The notes under the pieces are model-generated. The model made no database searches, had not been told where the DNA came from, and was given only the letters and a program-made list of their open reading frames with translations. The position numbers and the translations under genes are program-made. A DNA stretch of 63,905 nt, counting the filler, from Octopus bimaculoides (taxonomy: Eukaryota), in assembly GCF_001194135.2 (NCBI RefSeq). It is 6 parts of 5 records of this genome, joined end to end, with 100 filler letters (N's around TTAATTAATTAA, not from the genome) between each part and the next. Parts side by side here need not be neighbours in the genome. Positions count along the whole stretch, not along the records: positions 21,187 to 43,247 come from NC_069001.1; positions 43,348 to 56,382 come from NC_068995.1; 4 more parts are not named here. One strand, written 5' to 3'. Positions 38,046 through 49,029 of the stretch are shown one piece after another (positions within the stretch are counted from its first letter, which is position 1; every line of letters starts with the position of its first letter).

Positions 38046-38109
38046 TGCCGTGTTTGGATTCGGTTTCTTGGATGTGACCTTTGCCTAGCATATATTCCAT
38101 CGTCGATGA
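38046..38109 (-). CDS. Candidate 64-nt exon
   Basis: GTTTGTTAATCAG acceptor, GCA|GTAAGG donor, two open frames; no homology recognised. Confidence 0.2.
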
Positions 38110-38789
38110 CTGATTAACAAACATACATTTATATCGCTACAAGTGAAATTCATCTTCTTTGATGTATTGTGCTGAAATTACTCATTATTAGTTTTTGTTA
38201 TTCACATTTCTGCTACAGCTGATTTAATCTAGTTTTAAATGATTTCTATTGAAGGAATTCTTAACCAGAATTAATTTGGTTAATTTTCATTAAAGCGTGG
38301 AAGATTTTACCAATGCGAAAGTTATCATATTAAAGGAAATTGATGTCTGAATCGGATAACAGCATGGCACCCATTTATTAAATATATACGAGTCAAGGAT
38401 TATAAGTGATTTTGTCTTTAAATCCGATAGTTTATAGTGCTCTGCTGTGTAATATAGTTTGTGTTATTTACTAAAATTGTCAAAGTAGTCAACAGAATGA
38501 GTCAATAATAAATATTTTTGTAACTATCACTTGATCACTTACTTGTTAGCGTTTTGATGGTAGTTGCATTAATAGTGTTATTAGTATTTTAGCTCTTATT
38601 TTTCTCATGTTAATGGCATCTCGAGATAATGAAGTTTGCAGACACTGTTTTGGACAAAAACATAGGCTTCTTCATTTACTGAATAACACATATATTCTTA
38701 TTATTTCGGTATGTTGAAGAGTATGTTTCACTGAGGTCATCCCAAAAATCAGCGTCTACAACTGTCTCTCTTACAGACAAACTTATGAA

Positions 38790-38932
38790 AATATTGGCTC
38801 TGTGATAAGAAGCCTACTTCCAGGTTCGGTCCTATTATGTGGTACTTTGAGCAAGCATCTTCTACTATAGCGTCGGGCTGACCAAAGCCCTGTGAGTGAA
38901 TTTGGTAGACAAAAACTAAAAAGAAACCCGGC

Positions 38933-38972
<40 letters not shown>

Positions 38973-39240
38973 GTGTGTGCGTGTGTGTGTGTGTGTGAGT
39001 GAGTGTGTGTGTGTGTCTATGTGTGTGTGTGTGTATGTGTGTGTGTGTGTGTGTGTGTGTATCCTCCTCCACCGGTTGATAACCGGTGTTGATTTATTTG
39101 CGTTCTCGTAACTTAACGGCTCGGCAAAAAATATTGATAGCATAAGTACCAGACTTAAAAAAGTAAGTATTCGGATCGATTCATTCAGTTAAAAAGTTCT
39201 TCAAGGCGGTGCCCCAGCATGGCTGTAGTCTACCGTCTGA
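38790..39240 (+). mobile_element. SINE family A with expanded central (TA)/(TG) microsatellite
   Basis: 5' half 38790-38935 and 3' half 39060-39240. Confidence 0.8.
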
Positions 39241-39969
39241 CACAGATAGAAAAACAGTTTATGTTTTCCAGGGTTAGAATTTCAATGTTACCTATACTCA
39301 AAATCTCAAAGTTTAAAGTTATATTCCGTTATACTTGTTCGTTAGCTTGGCAGTATCACGGGATCATATTTCTGATCAAATACATTCCTACTTTGGTTAT
39401 CCTATTCTTTGTAATTTATTTTTCTTCAGATTATACATTATATCAGATTACATTTTCACTGTATATCTTTCCACTTCTAATACAATAAATATTATACGAG
39501 AGAAATTTGTTTTGCATGATTAATGCACCCAGAAGTCAAGGCTATAAAGACTGAATACACATGCAATAGCAGTTCCATCCACGGCAAACGTGATGAAATT
39601 GAAATAAGTACATTGGTAATGACTTAGCAGTTTCAATTTCACAATTCTCACAGTATCATCATCTCTCTCTTTCTCTGTATATGTGTTTTTGTGTGTACAT
39701 ATATATATATATANNNNNNNNNNNNNNNNNNNNNNNNNNNNNNNNNNNNNNNNNNNNNNNNNNNNNNNNNNNNNNNNNNNNNNNNNNNNNNNNNNNNNNN
39801 NNNNNNNNNNNNNNNNNNNNNNNNNNNNNNNNNNNNNNNNNNNNNNNNNNNNNNNNNNNNNNNNNNNNNNNNNNNNNNNNNNNNNNNNNNNNNNNNNNNN
39901 NNNNNNNNNNNNNNNNNNNNNNNNNNNNNNNNNNNNNNNNNNNNNNNNNNNNNNNNNNNNNNNNNNNNN

Positions 39970-40009
<40 letters not shown>

Positions 40010-40161
40010 TACGGAGAGTCAAGGAATATCCTCCCTTCCGCGAAACTTTCTTTAGGTCTTCGGAAGTGCCCTCAGCGATCGCATGGTAAAAAATGTCACT
40101 CTTCTGGTTAAGTAACCGAGGTTTGACCTTGATCACTCCAGTACACTTTCTTGTGTTTCAG

Positions 40162-40197
40162 AATCAGCTTGGCTGCTTCGTTAAAAGTGTGCACTAA
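40162..40197 (+). CDS. Candidate 36-nt exon ISLAASLKVCT
   Basis: CTTTCTTGTGTTTCAG acceptor, TAA|GTGAGA donor, one open frame. Confidence 0.25.
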   Translation, partial: NQLGCFVKSVH

Positions 40198-40463
40198 GTG
40201 AGAAGAGAGAAAGTGAATGCAATAGTTGAGGGAGAGTGATATGAGTTCGCATTGATACAAAATATAATTTCCTGATGGTAGGAATTAGAATGTCTAAAGC
40301 CTTCGTTATCTCATCTAAATATGAAACCCTTTGACTATTTTTCGAACCTGCGAGGGTGATAAGATATTTGTCGGAGCTGCAAAGATAATAAAATATTTTA
40401 GCTTACGTTTGATGTTGTTTTGAAACATCAAGCAAATCCTGTCCCTTCTGAATGAATTTCAAG

Positions 40464-40507
40464 GTGGAAAACATTGAAATTCTTTGATCCTCACTCTATA
40501 CATTACA
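40464..40507 (+). CDS. Candidate 44-nt exon WKTLKFFDPHSIHY
   Basis: TTTCAAG acceptor, ACA|GTGAGT donor, phase-compatible with 40162-40197. Confidence 0.22.
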
Positions 40508-41680
40508 GTGAGTATTAATATTATATGACGGGAGGAAAATTTCTAAATATACAACAAAAATTACTAGACTGATGTTAAATTCAAAATGTTAGTTCTTGTT
40601 TTACATTGAAAACTGAATAATTTCTTCTTTACACTTTCACCCAAAAATGGTAAAAGGTCAATTACTTTACTAGTAAGAAGACATCTGAAGGAACAAAAGT
40701 GTACAATATTATGTAATATCAGCTGTTACAATGTAGAAAAATAAACAAATACTACTGCAAAACATTCAAATCATTTTGATTTCGTATTCCTCTATTACCT
40801 TGGTATTGCTTCATTATCACACATGACTATTTCCTGACAGAATTAGTTTTCAATATACTTTCTTATTATATATGTTACTTTCATCGCCTCAAAAACAGCT
40901 TTTCAATGTACTGAAGTCATATTATAGGTGATCTAAATTCATGAATATTATTCTCAGTATTTTATTACAGGTGCATTTTACTCATGACGTTAGTGGTTGG
41001 AAAATATCAAATTATATCACATTCCTAGGATATTATTTTACAGCATACATTAACATTTTTCCAAACTTTCCCATAGGCATAAGACATATTCATACACAAA
41101 TGCATGTATTATTTATATATGTACGCTGTACGCTTGCATGAATATATATATANNNNNNNNNNNNNNNNNNNNNNNNNNNNNNNNNNNNNNNNNNNNNNNN
41201 NNNNNNNNNNNNNNNNNNNNNNNNNNNNNNNNNNNNNNNNNNNNNNNNNNNNNNNNNNNNNNNNNNNNNNNNNNNNNNNNNNNNNNNNNNNNNNNNNNNN
41301 NNNNNNNNNNNNNNNNNNNNNNNNNNNNNNNNNNNNNNNNNNNNNNNNNNNNNNNNNNNNNNNNNNNNNNNNNNNNNNNNNNNNNNNNNNNNNNNNNNNN
41401 NNNNNNNNNNNNNNNNNNNNNNNNNNNNNNNNNNNNNNNNNNNNNNNNNNNNNNNNNNNNNNNNNNNNNNNNNNNNNNNNNNNNNNNNNNNNNNNNNNNN
41501 NNNNNNNNNNNNNNNNNNNNNNNNNNNNNNNNNNNNNNNNNNNNNNNNNNNNNNNNNNNNNNNNNNNNNNNNNNNNNNNNNNNNNNNNNNNNNNNNNNNN
41601 NNNNNNNNNNNNNNNNNNNTATATATATATATATATATGTATATATATTTAACGAAGTAAAGTTGGGTGTTATCGCACGG

Positions 41681-42203
41681 GTAAGAGTATAAGGATAAAA
41701 AGCTGAAAATGCAGGAGTCTTTTAAAAGTATTTATTAACTTAACCTGTTTCCCTAATTTAAAAATAGTGTGAGGTCTTGTGTATCCTCTGTGGTGTCAAA
41801 AATTAGCTTACAAAAATGTATTCAAATCAAGTGATAGAATCTTTGACAATGATAAGAAAAGGTTCGAAACTTTATGTATACTCTGTGATGAGTCAAAAAT
41901 TACTTTACATAAAAACATTCAGATGAGGTAATAAAAATTCATTACCTGATCTGAATGTTCGAGGTAAACAAATTTTTGACTCATCACAGAGGATATACAA
42001 AGCCTCTGACCTCTTCTTATCATTGTCAAAACTCTATCAGTTGATTTGAATATATTTTTGTAAATTAATTTTTGTCACCTCAGAGGATACACAAAAGTCC
42101 ACAATTTCATTTTGAAAATCTTTTTAAATAAGCGAAACCGGTTAAGTTGATAAATGCTTTTAAAAGTTCCTACATTTTCAAATTCTTTGCCTTATATATA
42201 TAC
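41681..42203. mobile_element. Foldback/MITE-like palindromic element, ~250-bp arms and 8-nt loop
   Basis: Arms pair around the loop at 41933-41940, e.g. AACATTCAGATGAGGTAAT / ATTACCTGATCTGAATGTT; diverged, with one indel. Confidence 0.8.
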
Positions 42204-42834
42204 TGCTAATATAAAGATAAAAGTTAAAAAAATATATCAGTGGTCAGCATGTTAAAATACCTTTTAAGGTGAAAGTTATAAACAACTATAAATAAGGGCA
42301 AAAGAAAAAAAATTCTATTCCAATATGCTGAAAATGTTTTTTGGAAAAATGTTATCCTTATATTAGAAGTAAATTTATTACCATTCACTTCAGGACTGGT
42401 GACCACATTACATGAATTTTCCTGACCGTCTACACGTGTGCTGAGGCTTGCTACACAATTTCCGTTTAGATATATTTGGAGTACTTAAATGTACTCATGA
42501 CTTTGAATCTGCTTTTCCGTAGGTATATGTAAGTGTTCCATTTATTCTTGGCGTGTTTCTCGCTGACAAAGGAAGAATCCTTGTGGATTAATCCAGAAAT
42601 CGGTTCGATTCGGGAATAACGAATTAAAAAAATTTCTGTTAGCTTACTTTCCTCGTTTCAACATGCTGTGTACTTATAGTGAAACATATTGTATTTTTCA
42701 GCATATTGGCATCGAATTTTTTTTCATTTGCCCTTATTTATCAAAACTGGCCAGTTGGCGTTGCTGAATTCACCGTCCGAACGTAAAGTTTTCAAAGTGA
42801 CACACAGTCACTAATCAAAAGATAGAAATATTTT

Positions 42835-43220
42835 TATTTCTAAATCTCTCAAAGAGAGACATTCAGTAACAGTTCTTTAAAGTAAAAGCTATTTGCCAAC
42901 ATAATGCGGTTGTCCAGAAAGGGACAATATAACTTGTTTTAGCCCCAAGAAACATCGTTTCTAGCTGTTACTCTGTGTTGATACAGGGCAATAACCCAGA
43001 AACTAGTCCACATGTTGCTTTGCGCAAGATGACAGTGCTGAGCACCCTGTTCTAAAATATAAAAACATAGTTAGTGTGTCGTACAGTCAGATAGAAACTA
43101 TATTTGTTGGGGCTAAAACAACAGTAACATTGTCCCTTTCTGGACAGCCACATTGTGTTGGGAAATAGCCTTTACTTTATAGAACTGTTAACGAATGTCT
43201 GTCTGAGACATTTAGAAATA
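42835..43220. mobile_element. MITE with ~135-bp terminal inverted repeats, possibly TA-flanked
   Basis: TATTTCTAAAT...GTCCAGAAAGGGACAAT...TTTAGCCCCAA is mirrored by TTGGGGCTAAA...ATTGTCCCTTTCTGGAC...ATTTAGAAATA. Confidence 0.75.
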
Positions 43221-43247
43221 ATAATGTTTTTATATATATATATATAT

Positions 43248-43347
43248 NNNNNNNNNNNNNNNNNNNNNNNNNNNNNNNNNNNNNNNNNNNNTTAATTAAT
43301 TAANNNNNNNNNNNNNNNNNNNNNNNNNNNNNNNNNNNNNNNNNNNN
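43248..43347. other. Artificial scaffold linker
   Basis: 44N-TTAATTAATTAA-44N. Confidence 0.95.
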
Positions 43348-43394
43348 AACAGACACAAAGACTCATAAAAATATATATATGCTTGATCGCAAAA

Positions 43395-43558
43395 TCCACA
43401 ATTTTTTAATTATCTCTTGGTTTATTTCCTGTTATTCCTTTCTGTTGAAGAGCGTAGGCTCGAAATGTAAAAGACATTTTCACTTTCCCGAACGTCAAAG
43501 TAATACACCTAATTGTTGTTAATACACCTGTCTTCGTTTTTCTGTAAATTTCATCTAT

Positions 43559-43560
<2 letters not shown>
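43395..43560 (+). repeat. Dispersed repeat family R2 with hammerhead-like motif (43438-43473)
   Basis: CTTT-CTGTTGA-A-GAGC(GTAG)GCTC-GAAAT-GTA-AAAG; lies between (TA)n and (CA)n. Confidence 0.7.
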
Positions 43561-43589
<29 letters not shown>

Positions 43590-43596
<7 letters not shown>

Positions 43597-43762
43597 ACGA
43601 CAGACTTCTTTCAGTTTCCGCCTACCAAATCCACTCACAAGGCTTTGGTCTGCCAGAGGCTATGGTAGAAGTTGCTTTACCAAGGTGCCACGCAGTGTGA
43701 CTGAACACAGGACCATGTATTTAAGAGGCAAGCTTCTTACCACAGAACCACACCTGCGCCTG
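43590..43762 (-). mobile_element. SINE family A, 5' half with tRNA-like head
   Basis: Reverse complement GGCGCAGGTGTGGTTCTGTGGTAAGAAGCTT...GGCACCTTGG. Confidence 0.8.
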
Positions 43763-43799
43763 AATTAGATATATAGAACCATACATACATAAACATAAA

Positions 43800-44040
43800 T
43801 ACATACATACCCCCATGCATACATACATTCCTACAAACATACATACATTCACACACACATACTTACATACATACATACATACAACCCTGTTGTTCATGTT
43901 GAAATTCCAATGAAGGAGTCTTGGATCTAGGTTAGGAACCGGTTCTTTCTTTATTGGCAAGAAATCTTGAATTAAACTGAATGATATACCTACACTCACA
44001 CATATACACACACATACATACATACATACATACATACATG
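43800..44040 (+). mobile_element. Isolated 3' tail of the (TACA)n-associated LINE
   Basis: ATGTTGAAATTCCAATGAAGG...AAGAAATCTTGAATTAAACTGAA matches 27920-28020, with (TACA)n on both sides. Confidence 0.7.
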
Positions 44041-44699
44041 CAGCTTCCACTGTGTTGACGCGGTGACTATACGAAAACCGAAAACAGTGCAGAAGTAAAT
44101 TTATTCGCATGTATAATTTGTACATATCTGTGCATATATATATTCGTGCATATATAATTTGTACATATAATATATATATATACATATNNNNNNNNNNNNN
44201 NNNNNNNNNNNNNNNNNNNNNNNNNNNNNNNNNNNNNNNNNNNNNNNNNNNNNNNNNNNNNNNNNNNNNNNNNNNNNNNNNNNNNNNNNNNNNNNNNNNT
44301 TAGTGAACAAGAATAGGATCCTATCTTGGCCAAGAATGCAAGAGGAATATATATATGTATGCGTGTGTGTGTGTGTATTATAAAAAATGTTTTGTTACAT
44401 GTGGCCACGTGTTTCGCTGTTTCAGATCTCGTATAGAGCAAAACATGTGACCATAAAAATAATTTTCTGTTCGATCTTGCATCAGTCTCGATATCTTAAC
44501 TCGTTTTGAGTCTTTTGTTTGAGCATTGGTTCATAACTAACTTTTCACATTCGCACATGTACATATATTACGGCCACACAGCAATTCCTCCATATTGTCC
44601 CAACCACCATACACACATACACGCACACAGACACAGTAAGGACTCTCATATCGTACACCACATATAAGGTTTCTCCAGTTTTTTGCTGAACCACCTGCA

Positions 44700-44915
44700 T
44701 AGATGAATTGTTCTTACTGATCAAGTGTTAGTACTGCATCTTAGCTCACTCCCACAGCTAAATCGACATTGCCTGTATAGAAGCACAGTGGCCCACACGT
44801 CCAATTTCAAACCGATCGCAGAGCAACGTCGGATAAAGTATTTTGGTCAAAACCACAATGCACCGAGAATCGAAACCACGACTTTGCGAACGTGAGTGTT
44901 ATACCATAACCACTA
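44700..44915 (-). mobile_element. tRNA-derived SINE, degraded
   Basis: GAGAATCGAAACCACGACTTTGCGAACGTGAGTG...TAACCACTAG is a reversed tRNA-like head. Confidence 0.6.
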
Positions 44916-44924
44916 GTAACAAAC

Positions 44925-45130
44925 TATCGCGGGTGTTACGTTTGAAAACCCTCGCGATAGGTGAAAATCCGTGAAGCAGAAATACTACTGTATTTTTTTT
45001 ATTATTCTTATTATTTGTATATATTTATTTTATTATAAATGCAAAGCAACACCACGGAGGAATCGACGTAAGCTTAAATAATAAACTGCGTCAGATGAAC
45101 CGCGATAGGTAAACCGCGGTATGGCGAGTG
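44925..45130. mobile_element. Tc1/mariner Tigger(pogo)-like non-autonomous remnant
   Basis: CGCGATAGGTGAAAATCCGTGAAG and AACCGCGATAGGTAAACCGCGGTATGGCGAG resemble Tigger subterminal motifs. Confidence 0.5.
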
Positions 45131-45164
45131 GTTCCCTTCCGGTCATCTCAATATGTGACTGCGT

Positions 45165-45312
45165 GTGTATCGTTGGCGATTTTCTTTCTCTGTCTTCCCT
45201 TCTTTGGACTTTTTCTGTATTTCTAATGAGGAGCTCCGCTCGAAATGTGAAATCCTCTTTCTTTTCTTTTCTTTCCTGAGCGTCCAATAACACAGTACTT
45301 ATTCCACGTCCT
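45165..45312 (+). repeat. Dispersed repeat family R1 with mutated hammerhead motif (45219-45253)
   Basis: ATTT-CTAATGA-G-GAGC(TCC)GCTC-GAAAT-GTG-AAAT. Confidence 0.65.
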
Positions 45313-45548
45313 NNNNNNNNNNNNNNNNNNNNNNNNNNNNNNNNNNNNNNNNNNNNNNNNNNNNNNNNNNNNNNNNNNNNNNNNNNNNNNNNNNNNNNNN
45401 NNNNNNNNNNNNNNNNNNNNNNNNNNNNNNNNNNNNNNNNNNNNATATATATATGCACCCACGCACCCACGCAAACACACATACACAAACACACACGCAC
45501 ATACACGCAGACATACATAGGAACAGACAGACAGACGGACAGACAGAC

Positions 45549-45590
<42 letters not shown>

Positions 45591-45704
45591 TTAGACAGAT
45601 AGATAGAAAGAATGATGCACACACATGCAAACATATCTAGACTTATATATGACATATGCATGTGTATGTGTTTATATATAAGTATGCATATATGTATGTA
45701 TGTA

Positions 45705-47990
45705 TGTGCACGATTTTTCTTTCAATTTTATTTAAGTTCTTTTTAAGAGAGTTCAAGCCAGTCGCTAACAAAGCGACAAGACCTTTTGCATCAAGAGAGT
45801 TCCAGGTGTTTGTAAATTTATGATTATATGTAATAGTCGGTGTGTTGGTTGAGCAGTCGATGAGTGTGCATCCCTTCACATAAGAATCTCAGATGGAGAA
45901 TCTTTGGAATGTCTTACAATTCTTCATTGTGCCACTAATAGATTGGATTTGGAGAATGCTCGTCGATTTCTTTTGCTCTTTCTCAGTAAAACCTAATATT
46001 TCTAAGTTTTGTGTAAGTTTGTTGGTAGATAGCGTAACGAACCAATGACGATAGGTACAAATGAGAATTTATAGACAGAGTCCAAGAACTCTAAGTTGCG
46101 CCTTAATTCGCCAAAGATGTTCTTTTTCCTGGACTTTTGATGGTACACATTCACTTCCACCAGGCAGCTGACTTCTATAGCCGTGCATGACTTTCTGTTC
46201 CCTGTCCCATAGAACAATATCAGGTCTGTTCTGTTTGCACCGAATTGCTGTTGTTCACTGGAGTGTTCCTCCAGTATACCTTGTTTTTAAAGGTGTCAAT
46301 ATATGCTGGTTTGTACATGCCTTTGGTGTATACGTCAGAACAGTCTTTCCTGTGGATAGCATTGTAATTAATCTTTGCAACAATACCATGTCTCAGGAGC
46401 ATGTAGTAATCTCGTAGACATTTTGGGACGGCTGCTGATAAGGTTAGTGATATCTTCCATGCTGGTAGACATTTTCAATCACAACGTAGAGGTTTTCTGG
46501 TATCTTTGTCCCTCTTATTTATCAGGTATTTAGTAGCTATGTATTGTTCCTGGACAGTGAATGCATATCCTTCAAGGTGGGATGTAATGTATCTATCACC
46601 GAACCAGGAGAGGTTACTCGTGCTGTCAGAGATCGAAGATAAAGGTATGCATAGCTTTTTGGTGGTATGATGCCTGCTTCCCTTCCAAGCTTCTGTTTAG
46701 TTAAGCCAGTGCAGCCTCCTTTCGGTCGCATGAGACAGTTGTATTCTCAAAGTACCTGCTTAGTAGTTCTCCAGCTTTGAAGATGTTGCTCTCACCTTTG
46801 AGTATTACATGAAATGTACTCGTTTCTTTCTTTGATGTTAAGCAGCTACTGTGTGAGTGATCCAATGCGACATTCAAAGTTGCTTGGACTTACCTTATGC
46901 CTCTACCGCCATCACTTCGTCTCACACATATCCTATAGGTATCGCTGTTAACGCGTAAGTTGCTAGTGGTGGTCAGTACCTTCCTTTTTAAGATGTGCAG
47001 GCTGCAGATCTCGTCAAGTATCCAGTCCAATATTCAAACTTTTGGTACTAGCATTGTCACTTCAAAAGCATTGTGGTCTTGTGAAATGCAGACAGCTCTG
47101 AGTCCCGTATTTTCTTTGGTTTACAGAAGTACTCTTTGGCTTTGTTAGTCACAACACCAACGTATGTAACATTCTCATCAATTCTGAGAAACTTGTATCG
47201 TGTGAGACAGGGGAGACAGACAAGCCTTTGACGTACATGTTCTCTGTCTTGACGACAATCTTTCTGCGATTGATTATCATGTATGATCATTTATCTTACC
47301 TAAATTCCATGCCTAAGTCTCGTGAGAATGTTGTGACTAATTCTAATTGTCTCTTGATTTTGATCCTATTACCAGAATATAACTTCAAGTCATCAACAAA
47401 AAATCTGTGGGTGACATTAATTTTATTCTTTCCTGCATATCCCAGAATGTAGCCTTGGCATTTTGATAACAGAGCTGACAAGGGATTCTCTCCCAGTACA
47501 AACAACATTACAGATAAACTATCAGTCTGGAATTTACCTTTTGATAACTTAATTATGTTGTAAACAATAGGTGTTGCCTTTGTAGTTGTCAGTGATAACT
47601 GAGTGGACCATGTTGTGATTAGTCTTTCAACGGCATTCACTGCAGTAGCTGGTTCTTTGGCAAGGTGTAGTAATTCTATCACCCATGAGAGAGAGAAAGA
47701 GTCGAACGCATTTCTGTAGTCGAGCGATATTGTAAAGAGATTATGGTGATGCTGCTTCGTTTTCTTAAGGTTGAGGAGGAACCGTTTAGCCCAGCCCCAG
47801 ATTCCTCTCTTTCCTCCTACCAGTTCATCAGTTATCAAGCTATTTGTTTGGCAGTGGTCTTGGAGGAACATATTCAGAAAAACCTGTGTACAGTTTGTAC
47901 TTAACATTCAAGCTTGCTACGGACCTATAGTTTTTGGTTACATGGATATCTTTGCTCTTTAAGATAAGAGTAGTCCATGCAACCGTCGGT
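45705..47990 (-). mobile_element. R4/Dong-type LINE, 5'-truncated: RT, CCHC, RLE and 3' UTR ending in (TACA)n
   Basis: ORF 47296-47907 has LDYRNAFDS, KGKFQTDSLS and FFVDDLKLY; downstream NRPDIVLWD...IEVSC...IQSISGT. Confidence 0.92.
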
Positions 47991-48139
47991 CAATCTGGTA
48001 TATCAAGCTCAGTATCCAATTTTTTTTAAACAGAGTCGTGAGAATTTCCCTGTGGAACATGTGCTTCTTGTACAATACTGTGTATCCATGCATATTTCTA
48101 TATATGCGTTGACTAGCAAGAGACTTATAACAATATCTT

Positions 48140-48219
48140 TCCCAGCCTCGGGCCGACCAAAGCCTTGTGAATGGATTTGGTAGACGGAAACTGAAAGAAG
48201 CCCGTCGTATATATGTGTA

Positions 48220-48262
<43 letters not shown>

Positions 48263-48505
48263 ATGTGTGTGTGTGTGTGTGTGTGTTATGTGTATGTATG
48301 TGTTTGTGTGTCTGTGTTTGTCCCCCAGCATCACTTGACAACCGATGGGGGGTGTTTACGTCCCCGTAACTTAGCGGTTCGGCAAAAGAGAACCGATAGA
48401 ATAAGTACTAGGCTTCCAAAGAATAAGTCCTGGGGTCGATTTGTTCGACTAAAGGCGGTGCTCCAGCATGGTCACAGTCAAATGACTGAAACATATAAAA
48501 AGAGT
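48140..48505 (+). mobile_element. SINE family A, 5'-truncated, low divergence
   Basis: AGCCTCGGGCCGACCAAAGCC...(TA)(TG)n...AAATGACTGAAAC. Confidence 0.9.
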
Positions 48506-48690
48506 TAATCAAAACTTACCGTTTTTAATAGAAAAACGGGTCACATTTTATATTGTAATCTTGGGTACGCTACTTTTGGCGAAATATAAGATGGACGTGG
48601 TTAAAATGTCTTTAACGATAGCTTTAGTCTACTCTATCATAATTAATCATGTGAAAAAACAACAATGACATCGAGAACAACAAGTGTGAA

Positions 48691-48736
48691 GTGCCCTTAA
48701 TAGAGTGTTAGTACCCTTAATAGAGTGCTAGTCCCT
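48691..48736. repeat. 20-bp tandem duplication
   Basis: GTGCCCTTAATAGAGTGTTA / GTACCCTTAATAGAGTGCTA. Confidence 0.8.
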
Positions 48737-49029
48737 GTTGCCCTCCTATTTCACACTGAATGTTGTATATGTTATATTCTATCTTGGAGACGAACCGTTA
48801 TCAACATAATTTCTCTGCCGCTGGTGATCCAATGTAAAAGAGTCTAAGTTGTCGAATGTTCTGCTAGATGGACTCCCTACTTTTTAAATAAAGGACAGAT
48901 TGTATTTATGTATTTACTGAATCTCAAAAGAATGACAGAGAGGATGGTTATTACAGGAAATCATTTTGACCTAAGTCTGCTCTATCAGAAATGATCTGTG
49001 GTTAAAAGAACATCATTAATAATAGCTAT

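Noticed and set aside
39219-39488. F-box start (ISMLP...IFRY) to pair with the 40162 exon
   Set aside because: Spacing between LP and IF is wrong, and the ORF begins inside a SINE.
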